DNA of 64,000 nucleotides from Camelus dromedarius (lineage: Eukaryota). The DNA lies in assembly GCF_036321535.1 (NCBI RefSeq), contig NC_087436.1:104594001-104658000 (forward strand). Reading direction: 5' to 3'. Shown here piece after piece: positions 24,800 through 35,152 of this stretch (the stretch's first letter is position 1; each line of letters begins with the position of its first letter). The notes beneath the pieces are model-generated. The model saw only the letters and a list, made by a program, of their open reading frames with translations. It ran no database searches and had not been told where the DNA came from. The position numbers and the translations under genes are program-made.

Positions 24800-25122
24800 G
24801 GGACTGATGTAGCAGAGCATTCTGTTGTAAATAACAGAGAATCCAACTCCAGCTGGCTTGAATAGTGGAAGATATTTGTTTAGTCATAAGAATAACTAAA
24901 AAGTCTGGTGGTTGGGATGACATTAGGTAAGGTTTGCTCCAGCAACGAAGGCACCAGGGCCCCATTTCTCTCCTTCTGCATTCCACAGCGTGGGCTTTAT
25001 CCGTAGATTTCACAGGATGGTTCCCTGGCTGTTCCAGGGTCTTGTTTCATGCTAGTCACGATAGCTATGCAGTATCAGACCTCACACTCTCTGAGGGAAG
25101 ATACCATGTCTTCTTTAGCTTC
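24800..25122. mobile_element. Old MLT1 (J/K-like) LTR into which the ERV inserted
   Basis: TGTTGTAAATAACAGAGAATCCAACTCCAGCTGGCTTGAATAG...GATAGCTATGCAGTATCAGACCTCACA, cut at the ERV LTR boundary. Confidence 0.65.
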
Positions 25123-25615
25123 TGTTACTGAGCCTTTCGATTTGGGCCCCAACAAGGGTTCTCCTGCCCAGTGTCACTCACACCAATAGAACTAGAATGA
25201 GTTGAGTTCAGAAGTGGAAGGAAAGTTTTATTCTTTGATCAAAGAATGGAGAGGTGTGAGCTCAAGCTCTAGAGCAGGCGATGGGCGGGGCTGCTTTGCA
25301 GCGATCTAGGCTGCTGGGAGGGGGCGGAGCTAACCGCTGGGCACAGCGCCTCTGCGCATGGCCTGCCCCCGCCATTGTGAACTGAGGCGCATGCGCAGGG
25401 CTTCTGCACATGGCCCGAGAGCAGCAGCGTTGGGTGGCCGCAGCAGTTCCGAGCTGGGAGCTCTAACCCTCTGTGTTCTGTGCAAGGCCTCTGCACACAG
25501 CCCTCTACAGGCAAGTGCAACTAGACTAAGCACAAAAAGAGAAGTTAGACCTTATCTTATCACCTAAATTTCATCTTATTTTTCCCAGGGACCCCAGTGG
25601 GCTTTGCTGGTGACA
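25123..25615 (-). mobile_element. ERV 3' LTR (493 bp)
   Basis: Minus strand begins TGTCAC (25615) and ends GTAACA (25123), an imperfect inverted repeat. AATAAA at 25232-25227. Directly preceded by the PPT AGAGGAGGGATT (25627-25616). Confidence 0.9.
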
Positions 25616-25756
25616 AATCCCTCCTCTGCCTTTCATCCTGCTCCTCATTCTTGAGGGGCTCTGAGGGGCGATGGTCTGTCCTCCGTAACTACTTCCTGCT
25701 GAGTTGGGCATTGTCATAACCCCAGGGAGACAAGCAGAACTTCTTTCCAGCTGCCT

Positions 25757-26120
25757 TTAGATCTGTTTGGCTGTCCCAGGCCTTCGCCCTGACTGTTCGT
25801 TGCCCTGAGTGACCACCATTGGAAGTCTTATAGATTCTAACCTTTTGGAGGCAAAGGACACCAGGCAATTTAAGACACACAGCCCAAATATTAGTAAGAG
25901 AACAATGGTTGTGAAAGGGCCCAGGAAAGGTAGAAGCCAAGTGCCGCTGGGGAGGGCCTGTTTTACCTCGCTCTGCATTTGTTTGGCCAGATGAGGCTGG
26001 CTGACTTCTGTCTGCTAAGTTGTGTCTTCCAGTGATCTGTCTGCACTTTTTCCATCCAAGCTACCTGCACTGACATAAAAGCAGTATTGGCCAGCACACA
26101 GAGCCTCCCTGGTAATCTAG
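25757..26120 (-). pseudogene. env: ERV env transmembrane subunit remnant (end of ISD, decayed CX6CC, membrane anchor, cytoplasmic tail)
   Basis: WLLPFLGPFTTIVLLLIFGLCVLNCLVSFASKRLE is a typical gamma-type TM anchor. Upstream LDY..QGG..C...YCFYV matches the immunosuppressive domain and CX6CC remnant, with frameshifts and a stop. Confidence 0.9.
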
Positions 26121-26124
26121 GAAG

Positions 26125-27460
26125 AGAGGTTCACACAAGTAGTTAGGGGCGTCCATTGTCTCTGGCTGGGGCTCGGGGGTCTCTTCACTGGAGGGCGATG
26201 TGCCCACGGAGGGATCCCCTGCAACTTCAAGGCAGAATGGGTAGTTAGGATCACCAAGTGGAGTCCGTTTCACTTAATGAGCTGATTTTGTGAACTGCTG
26301 GGTTTCTAGGTTTGTAGGTCTAGCCGGAAGGGGTGGAGGGCCAGGTCAGTGGGTGTGGATAGCACCTGGTTACCATATTCCCTGACAGCTTCCATGGTTC
26401 TCCTACCTGGATGGCACACTTGAGTTGTTTCATTTCAGGGACATTAAGGTGTCCCTTCTCTCAGGCTTGGGGAATATGTCTACCATACATGAATTCGAAT
26501 GCACTAAACTTTAACTTATCCCTTGGGACTAAGGGCATGCGGAGCAGGGCAATGGGAGGCAACTTAACCCAATTTTCTTGAGTTTCCTGACATAGCTTGG
26601 CTAAGGTCGGTTTCAAGGTCTGATGGGATCTCTCTGCTCTCCCCGAGGCTGAGTAGGGCAAGGTCTATTTTATGCCCGGAGCACTTGTTATCTGCTTCAC
26701 CATTTGAGATGCAAGTGCTGGACCATTATCACTTTGTAGGGATCCTGGGAGCCCAAACCTGGGGATTATTTCTTTTAGTAATGCCTTAGTCACTTCAGCT
26801 TCCTTTTCAGTTCTAGTGGGGAATGTTTTTGTCCACCCAGGAAATGTGTCTACCATCACCAAGAGATACCTGGAGTTGCTTGGTCCTAAGAGGATGATGA
26901 CATGATTGTGAAATCAATCTGCCAGTCTTCTCCAGGATATGTTCCTCTGGTCTGAATGGGTCTTATCTGGGGGCCTCTGGAGGGGTCTGGTCTTGGGGTT
27001 ATTTATTGAGCAAATGGGGCGGGTCTCATCTACCCCATTGATTGTGCTCTTCATGCCCGGGGTCACCATGATCTCAACCAGCCAATTATATAGGGCTTCC
27101 CTCCCATAGTGAGTTCCTTGATGGGCCTCCCTGATGGCTTGACAAACTACAGTTTGGGGAAACAGGTGTTGTCCATGTTTATTAACTAGCCACCCATGGT
27201 TCCCCAAATCCCAACTAAAGCCCCATTTTCGGGTTTTGCCTAATTTTTCCTTTGTGTAGACTGGGGAATAATTGGATGAATCTGGCCTTCGGGGTATAAG
27301 GAGCAGTTGCCGAGTTACTGGTTCTAGGGCTGCCCTGCTGGCAGTTGCATCCACCTTGCTGTTTCCCCTTACTACCTCTGCTTCTCCCTTTCGGTGACCC
27401 CTGTAATGAATCACTGCAAACTTTTTTGGAAGCTGTACTGCTGCTAAGAGTTTCAGTAGG
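26125..27460 (-). pseudogene. pol: ERV pol remnant: RNase H C-terminus, integrase (HHCC, DDE core, C-terminal domain)
   Basis: LLAAVQLPKKFAVIHYRGHRKG...GNSKVD (RNaseH); AHQGTHYG...ICSINNPK (zinc finger); GEDWQIDFT (26924-26907), YLLVMVDTFPGW, IIPRFGLPGSLQSDNGPA, SGRAER (core); VILTTHSALKLQGIPPWAH and YLCEPL (C-terminus). Several stops and frameshifts. Confidence 0.95.
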
Positions 27461-27781
27461 CTTAAGCCACATTCCACCTGCGTTGTCTAGTTCTAGCAGT
27501 GACTCTGCTAGATACAGAAACAGTAGAATATAGGCTTTCAGGGCCAGGAGCACTTGGATTTGAGTTTGAGGTCCACCACTTACTGATTGTGTGACTCTGA
27601 GCAAATGACTTTAGGTTTCTGAGCTTGAACTTTCTCATCTACAAAATGAGCGAGTAAGAGTCCTGGCCCCTTAGGGTCATTGAAATAAGACGAGTAAAGA
27701 AATTAGACGTGCTAAATGCTCAATGAATAGATTACTGTGCAGAGTAGTGCGTGGCACAAAATACGTGGTAAAAACACCAGC

Positions 27782-27809
27782 AATGATGATGAGGATGATG
27801 ATTATGATG
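27782..27809. repeat. Imperfect (GAT)n trinucleotide tract
   Basis: ATGATGATGAGGATGATGATTATGATG. Confidence 0.8.
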
Positions 27810-28491
27810 TTTCTAAGTGCCCATTATGACTGACTTCTCTTTTCCATCTAAGTCATCTAAATTTTTGACAGGCCTGACCACCGCAGGGTGCTGCCAGGGC
27901 AATCCAGGGTGGAGGCACGCCCTGGGGCTCCAGCAGCGAGCTGTTTTCTTGCAACATCTACTGCCATTTGGGTCTGTTATTTCCCCCGCAGCTCCTTGCT
28001 TCTGGGTCACTCCAGGGGACCTGCCCTCCAATTTCCTCACCACGGCAGCAGGAGTGGCAGCTGGGGGTGTGGGAGTCCGCAAGGAGGGACTTATGGGGCA
28101 GCCTGGGTGGCAGTGGGTGAGGTTGGTTGGCACGGGGGAGAGGTGAGAGAGGAGGAGCAGGAGGCCTGGGTATGGTGCCCTGGGAAAGAAGGGATCCTTC
28201 CAGCTTCCTGGATTGTGAAGCTAGGTCCACATCTGACCTTCCTCCCTGAGTAGAGCAGCCAGGTGTGGCCCTGGAAGAGAGACAACCACCACACCTGGGG
28301 CCGACCCCTTCAGGTCCCAGGATGTGCCAGAGATGTTTCTCCAACAGAGGCTGATGCAACTTTTGTGTGTGGGCCGCGGAGGTCAGGATGCTACGAGCCC
28401 TCACTAAGCGGAGGCTCCCTCCTTCCCGCTGAATTCAGCTCCTCCCTTAAGTACCCAGCAGAGAGCCTCTTTGGTTTCTGCCAAAGAGGGC

Positions 28492-28848
28492 TGCTAGAAA
28501 CTCAGTGTCCCCCTCCCCAGATTCATACTCTGAAACCTCATTCCCAGTGTGATGGTTTAGAGGGGACACTTTTGAGAAGTGACTAGGGCATGAAGGTGGA
28601 GCCCTCACCAATGGGACTAGTGCCCTTAGAAAACAGACCCTAGACAGTGCCCTTGACCTTTCTGCCTGTGAGGACACAGGGAAAAGGGTCCATCTGTGAG
28701 CCAGAAAGTGGCCTTCCCTGGACACTATACCTGCTGGCACCTTGATCTTGGATGTTTAGCCTCCAGAATGGTGAGAAATAACTTTCTGTTGTTGATAAGC
28801 TACCCAGTCTATGGTGTCCTGCTATAATGGCCTGAACAGACTGAGACG
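28492..28848 (+). mobile_element. MLT1A-like MaLR solo LTR
   Basis: TGCTAG...GTCCCCTCCCCAGATTCATACTCTGAAACC...GGTGGAGCCCTC...CTTGATCTTGGA...CCTCCAGAATGGTGAGAAATAAC...CAGTCTATGG...GACTGAGAC. Confidence 0.9.
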
Positions 28849-29699
28849 AGGATGAAGGGAAGACAATCTGGAGAAGCACAGAGTGAGTGAGCTGGGAAGA
28901 CCCTGGGGCCTGAGGTCAGGCTGCTAGGATTCAAATCTCAGCTCTCCTGCTTATAGCATTCATGCTTGGGGAATCGCCTAACCCACTGGGGCCTCAGTTT
29001 CCTCAGCCATAAAATAAGGATTGCTAACATTTGCGTTGTCTGTCTTGCAGAGTGGTTGTATTTAAAGTCCACCACTTCCTATGAGGGAAGGCCGCAAGTC
29101 CTCCTCAGCTTCCTCATCTGTAAAATGGGGTTGCAGATCCTTCCTCAGAGGGTTGTGGTGAGGCTTAAATGAAGTGAGGGATGCAAATTGCTCACCACAA
29201 GGAGGCAATCAGGATTTCTAAACTCCAAGATGCTTTTCTATCCCATGTCAGGAAAGAAGCCCCGTTTTCCTTTGGAAATTGAAGGGGACTTAGACATAAA
29301 CCTGGTCTACCTGTGAGGCACACGGAGGGCACTGAGGGGAGAGCAGGTGCTTCCAGGACCCACAGAGCCCCGGGGGGATAGAATTCCAGAAGCAGCAGGA
29401 CTGCTTGAGGATCTCAGGGTGGAAGCGCGGTGAGGAACAAGGCAGACACAGGCCGTCCCCTGCTTGGGTGGCTGTTCCTCAGGGGGAGTTCTGTTCAGCT
29501 GAGGATGCTTCATGCCAACACAGACCAGGGATGCCGGACATGAACCCTCCTGGTGGCTGGCTGTTTCAGTTCACAGACCTGTGGCTGTTTCCTCCAGGGC
29601 ACACCCAGGGGACCAGGGCCACTGGGTCAGCTGCGTACTGGGGTTTATAAAACCATCACATTCAGGAAACTAACTGCTAGTTAAAAAAGCTCACTGCCT

Positions 29700-29850
29700 A
29701 AATTCTTAAAGGGAGGTTGTCATTTCCATCAGACTCTCTTGAGATCCTTGTTAAAACACAAATTTCTGGGCCCCACCCAGGAATCGGAATGGACTAGGAA
29801 AGTTCTGGGAACCTGCCTGTGCAGGAACGCCCCAAATGGGTCTTCTGGCT
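29700..29850. mobile_element. MER5-like fragment
   Basis: CTTGTTAAAACACAAATTTCTGGGCCCCACCCAG. Confidence 0.6.
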
Positions 29851-32084
29851 GGAGAACTGGAGACTGACAGGAAAGGAATCGAACATTCCATTAAGCATCA
29901 AATTCTCCTAACACCCTTTCCATGGAACAACCCCCTATTCTCAGGACTGACTTCATGGATGGAACCTCCCATGCTTAGAAGGGCCCCACCTTTGGCTTAA
30001 TGCTCTGCTGTCACCATCTCTGAAATTCTTAACTTCTGAATGAGGAGGCCCCATAGTTTCACTTTCACTGGGCTTGTGCAAATTATGTAACAAGGCCTGT
30101 CCACCACGTAGGCGAGAACTGCAGAAAGGCTAGCCTCGCCCAGGGCCACCCAGCTAAGGAGTGGAAATGAGTTTGGAATCCTGAGGTGTCTGATCCCAAA
30201 GTTCTGCTGCCCCGTGACGCTGAGACACAAAAGGAATGGACTCTAATAGTGGAGTTCTGGTTTCAGCCACCTTGTCAAGTTCTAGGCTGAAGGCGGACCT
30301 TCCTGGGCGCCTCACACCATGCCTTGCCCATGAGAGTAAGGCCCACGTATAAGGTCTTTCAGCTTCAGGGTCGAGAAGATTCTGTGTGACTCCAGGCTGG
30401 CGGCCCCTGCTGGAGGGCGAGGATGGAGAAGTCCTCTCTTCTCTCTCCTTCATTTTAACTTTACTATACACAGAGGATAAGGCAAAGGGGTGGAGTGGAC
30501 AGTGGACAGGATCTAGAGTCAAAAGATGTGGGCCCAGAGCCAGCTCTGCCACTTACTAGATGACCCGCACAGAGTAATGGGTCTCTGGAATTCTGAGCCC
30601 CAATGTCTCCATCTATAAAATGAGTGATGCAAACATAACCAATATCCAAGAGTGCGGTGAGGGTCAGATGGCCAGATGGACATGAAAACAGTATGTGAAG
30701 GTCAGTGCTGCCCTGGTTACATTCATGATTCAATGGGGTTGGTTGGTGGACACGTAAGGAAATGGTTTGGCGAGAGAAAAGGACACTCGGGTCCCACAGA
30801 GGGAGGTTTCAGGGTTGGACCTCTGGTGTCCCTAAGGTGGAGCTGGAGTCTGTGGTGACCCAGAATGGGAAAGAGGTGGGCGTTTCAGGTGCCACAGGGA
30901 TTGGAACTCCATGTACTTGTTGCTCAAAGCTTTTCTTCTACAAAGGAAGGCAGAACTATGAATAATAATAATAGTAGTAAAACCCACCTATGATGGAGCA
31001 AGACAAAAAGAACTCAGAAGTGCAGAGAAAGGCCTTTCGGCTGAGATAGGGGCGTTTGGGGCGCGAGCGCAGTTCTTGCTTGTCAGGGAGGGACCCCACC
31101 CCTTCTTGCATCAGAGCCAGACATGGGATGTGGCAGTTTGAGAGCCAAGGAGAAGCAGAAAACAGGCCTCAGAGAAAGAAGCTTGTTTTACCTGAGGCAA
31201 TGTTTCTGTTTTGTTTTGCTTTTAAAGCAGCATTTTACTCAAATCTTTGCTTCTGAGACCATGGGGCTGAGATGAGTGAGTCCTCTGACAGCAAAGAACC
31301 AGGGGCTCACGGGACCGGAAGGACTGTGAGGCCCCGAGGCCGAGCCAGGTGGAGGGCAGGTGAGGGCAGAAGGTCAGGGTGGCTCCAGCCCGCACAGCTA
31401 AGGGCAGGTCCACCGAGGCCAAAGACCTGCCCTGCTGGGCAGGTGGCCCACGCGACAGGGCCACGTTGAGGAGCAGGTGCCAAAAGCAGGTTAAGAAGGA
31501 AGAACAGGTAGGCACAGCCTGGGGGTGGACGAGCCCACACAAACTAGGCTTAAGGTGCAAAAGGTGTTAAAAGGATAAATACTGGCCTGATGCTGGAGGG
31601 AAGCTGATTTTACTGAGTTTCTCATACTGGGGTCCAGGGTCCTGGAGCGCCTGCGGATGATTCTTGGGAGTCCACAGATTCTCTGTGAGGATATTTAAGT
31701 TTTGTGTTTTCATGTTGATGGCGACCTGAAAAGAAGAGTTAGTCAGTCTAAGCATATCCTGGGTCGTCTGGATTAGTGGCCTTGCACCTTGTTTTTGGGC
31801 ATCCACCCACAGAAGGAATGCATTTTACATCACGACCTGGTTCCCAGACACTGATATTCACGCACGCCTAAGGAGAGCTGACGGGCAGCCCACCCAGACC
31901 AGTGCTGCTGCACCAGTTGTAAAATATGGAGATATTCCAAGCCAGCTGGCAGGTAGCTCTGAGCCCCCTAAGTGTCCCTGTCCCCACCGCCCTGATAGAC
32001 TTGGTGCCGCCTTTGGGGTCACCCTCGCCCAGCCCAGGAGGCAACCGCCGGCAGAGGCGAGGGGAGGGGCACTGCCGCAGGCCC

Positions 32085-32418
32085 CAGTTACTGCTGTAGC
32101 AGATGACCACGGACCGCACGGTTTAAAACAGCCGACACTTAGTGCCAGACATCTGAGATCAGTTTCCCTGGATCCAAACCAAGGTGTGAACAGGGCTGTG
32201 CTTCTATCTCTGTCAAACCTCCCTCCACCTTTCTCTTTTCAGAACACTTATGATTGTGCGAGTGTGGCCCACACAGATAATCCAGGATAATCTATCCATC
32301 TCAAGGCCCTTAACTTAATCACTTCTACAAAACCCCTTTTTCCTTATAAAGTAACATTTACAGATTCCAAGGATTAGGACCTGATATTGTCAGGAGCCGT
32401 TATTCAGCCAACTGCAGT
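32085..32418 (-). mobile_element. MLT1C/D-like LTR, internally deleted
   Basis: CTGCTGTAGCAGATGACCAC...ATAATCCAGGATAATCTATCCATCTCAAGGCCCTTAACTTAATCAC...ACAGATTCCAAGGATTAGGAC. Confidence 0.8.
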
Positions 32419-32473
32419 GGGCCTGCAGGGCCATGCTCTGGAGGTGATGCTGGCGTCTCTTTGCATTTGTCCC

Positions 32474-32476
<3 letters not shown>

Positions 32477-32506
<30 letters not shown>
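32477..32506. repeat. (TG)15 microsatellite
   Basis: Uninterrupted run. Confidence 0.97.
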
Positions 32507-32510
<4 letters not shown>

Positions 32511-32596
32511 AATTTTCTGTGTATGATACTTATTCTGACACCATGTGGTACACGCTGATGTTTTTTTCCTCTCTCATTTAAAAAAATTTTCACTGT

Positions 32597-33616
32597 TTTA
32601 AATCTAATCTAATCTAATTTTATTTTATTCATCTATTTATTTTTCTTCCAGTCTTGTTGATATATAATTGACATACAGCACTGTATACATTTAAGGTGCA
32701 CCACATGACGGCTGATTTACATACATCATGTAATGATTTCTACAATATATTTAGCAAACATTCATCAGCTCATATAGATACAAAATTAAAGAAACAGGAA
32801 AAAAAGGTTTTTCTTGTGATGAAGACTCACACATGAGAGGATTTATTCTCTTTCACATATAACGTAGAGCAGTGTTAATTATATTTATCAGGTTGTATAT
32901 TACATCCTTAGCCCTTATTTATTTTATAACTGGAAGTTTGTATCTTTTGACTGCTTCCCTCACCTCCTACCTCTGGTAACCACAAATCTGATCTCTTTTT
33001 CTCTGAGTTTGTTTGTTTTTGAAGCATAATTGATGTGCAACACCATGTTAGTTCCTGTTACACAACATAGTGATTCAGTATTTCTATACATTTCAAAATA
33101 ATCACCATGATTAGTCCAGTTGTCATCTGTCACCATACAGAGATATTACATAATTATTCACTATATCCCTCACGCTGTGCGTTTCATGCCTGTGACTCAT
33201 TTATTTTGTTACTGGAAGTGTGTACCTCTTAATTTCCCTCACCTATTTCTCTCTTCCCTCCACCCCTCACTCCTCTGGCAACCACTTGTTTGTCCTCTGC
33301 ATCTAGGACTCTGTGTCTGTTTGATTATGTTTGTTCATTTGTTTTGTTTTGAGATTCCACATATAAGTGAAATAACACAAGTATTTCTCTTTCTCTGTCT
33401 CATGCATTATCAGCATAATTCTCTCTAGGTTCATCCATGTTGTCATGCAAAAGGCAAGATTTCATTCTTTTTCATGGCTGAGTAATATTCATATAAAATA
33501 CATATTCTTTATCCATTCATCTATTGATGGACATTTAGGTTGCTTGCATATTTTAGCTATCATAAATAATGCTGCAATGAACATTGGGTTCATATGTCTT
33601 TTTGAATCAGTGTTTT
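32597..33616 (-). mobile_element. L1 3' end plus ORF2 terminus (same subfamily as 3300-3881), running into an N gap
   Basis: Reverse complement shares CAGAGAAAAAGAGATCAGATTTGTGGTTAC and CAATTATAT...AAGACTGGAAG with the 3300-3881 copy. The ORF track gives MNPMFIAALFMIAKICKQPKCPSIDEWIK, the L1 ORF2 C-terminus. Confidence 0.92.
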
Positions 33617-33850
33617 NNNNNNNNNNNNNNNNNNNNNNNNNNNNNNNNNNNNNNNNNNNNNNNNNNNNNNNNNNNNNNNNNNNNNNNNNNNNNNNNNNNN
33701 NNNNNNNNNNNNNNNNNNNNNNNNNNNNNNNNNNNNNNNNNNNNNNNNNNNNNNNNNNNNNNNNNNNNNNNNNNNNNNNNNNNNNNNNNNNNNNNNNNNN
33801 NNNNNNNNNNNNNNNNNNNNNNNNNNNNNNNNNNNNNNNNNNNNNNNNNN
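33617..33850. other. Assembly gap (234 N)
   Basis: N run at the inner end of the minus-strand L1. Confidence 0.99.
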
Positions 33851-34365
33851 TCTCTATATCATTTTTTGGAACATGCTTTTTGCGCACAATACATTAATTT
33901 CATGACCCACTGTTAGGTTGTGATTTAGTTTGAAAAGCAGTTCAACCATTTTATAACCTTGAAACCTAGCAGTGCCACAGTGTCCACTGCCTGTATTTGT
34001 GTCTTTATCACAATGGCATTGAACCCACATTATTGTAGGCTAAGGGGAAAAGAACAGAGAGGACTTTAATATGTAAATGATGTAGAATTTTTGACAAGAA
34101 CACCAAGAATACATAATGGGGAAAGGATAGTCTAGGGTGGACTATCATTTAATAAATGATGCTGGGGCAACTGGATATCCACATGCAAAAGAATGAAATC
34201 AGATGCTTATACTATGCACAAAAACTCAACTCAAAATGGCTTAAAGACTAGACCTGAAACTGTAAAACTTGTAGAAAAAACTTGGGGGGAAAGTCTCCTT
34301 GACATTGGCCTTCACAATGATTTTTTTGGATATGACACCTAAAACTTAGACAACAAAAGCAAAAT

Positions 34366-34509
34366 NNNNNNNNNNNNNNNNNNNNNNNNNNNNNNNNNNN
34401 NNNNNNNNNNNNNNNNNNNNNNNNNNNNNNNNNNNNNNNNNNNNNNNNNNNNNNNNNNNNNNNNNNNNNNNNNNNNNNNNNNNNNNNNNNNNNNNNNNNN
34501 NNNNNNNNN
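34366..34509. other. Assembly gap (144 N)
   Basis: N run inside L1 ORF2. Confidence 0.99.
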
Positions 34510-35008
34510 TCATAGCAAAAAGCAAAACAAAAACAAGAAAACAAACAAAAAACAGGAAAGCAACTTGATTAAAAAAGTGGGCAAAGGACTTGAAAATATA
34601 TTTTTCCAAAGAAGACATACAAATGGCCAGTAGTTATATGAAAAAATGCTCGATATCGCTAATCATCAGAGAAATGCAAATTAAAACTACAGTGAGGTAT
34701 CACCTCACACCTGTCAGGATTGCTATTATCAAAAAAGTAAAAGGTAACAAATATTGGTGAGGTTGTGGAGAAAAGGGAGCCCTAGTACACTGTTGATGGG
34801 AATATAAATTAGTATTGCCGTTACGGAAAATGGTATGAAAGTTTCTCAAAAAACTAAAAATAGAGCTATCATGTGATCCAACAATTCCTCTTCTGTGTAT
34901 GTACCTAAAGGAAGTAAAATCAGTACCTTAAAGAGATGTCTGTGGTCCCATAGTCATTGCTGCATTACTCACAATGGCCAGACATGGAAATAACCTAAGT
35001 TGTCCATT

Positions 35009-35152
35009 NNNNNNNNNNNNNNNNNNNNNNNNNNNNNNNNNNNNNNNNNNNNNNNNNNNNNNNNNNNNNNNNNNNNNNNNNNNNNNNNNNNNNNNNNNNN
35101 NNNNNNNNNNNNNNNNNNNNNNNNNNNNNNNNNNNNNNNNNNNNNNNNNNNN
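35009..35152. other. Assembly gap (144 N)
   Basis: N run inside the L1 ORF2 3' end. Confidence 0.99.

Larger units (their letters stand above)
25123..27460 (-). mobile_element. Defective class I (gammaretrovirus-like, ERV1) provirus: 3' LTR + PPT + env remnant + pol remnant; 5' LTR, gag, pro and RT absent
   Basis: Correct retroviral order on the minus strand: RNaseH, integrase, env TM, polypurine tract, LTR with TG...CA ends. Homology stops at about 27460, and a MIR starts about 60 bp further on. Confidence 0.95.

Noticed and set aside
27215-27604. 129-aa minus-strand ORF and the 'MECG' start of the 187-aa ORF
   Set aside because: Read-through from MIR or flank DNA into pol, in an alternative frame or across the truncation point; not a genuine start.
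27992-28116. 125-nt exon candidate in a GC-rich block
   Set aside because: Frame-shifting length, unrecognised peptides and a moderate donor.
34366-35152. N gaps hiding novel sequence
   Set aside because: Both 144-N gaps are about the length of the L1 consensus sequence missing between their flanks. They are collapsed high-copy L1, and the X-containing ORFs are artefacts.
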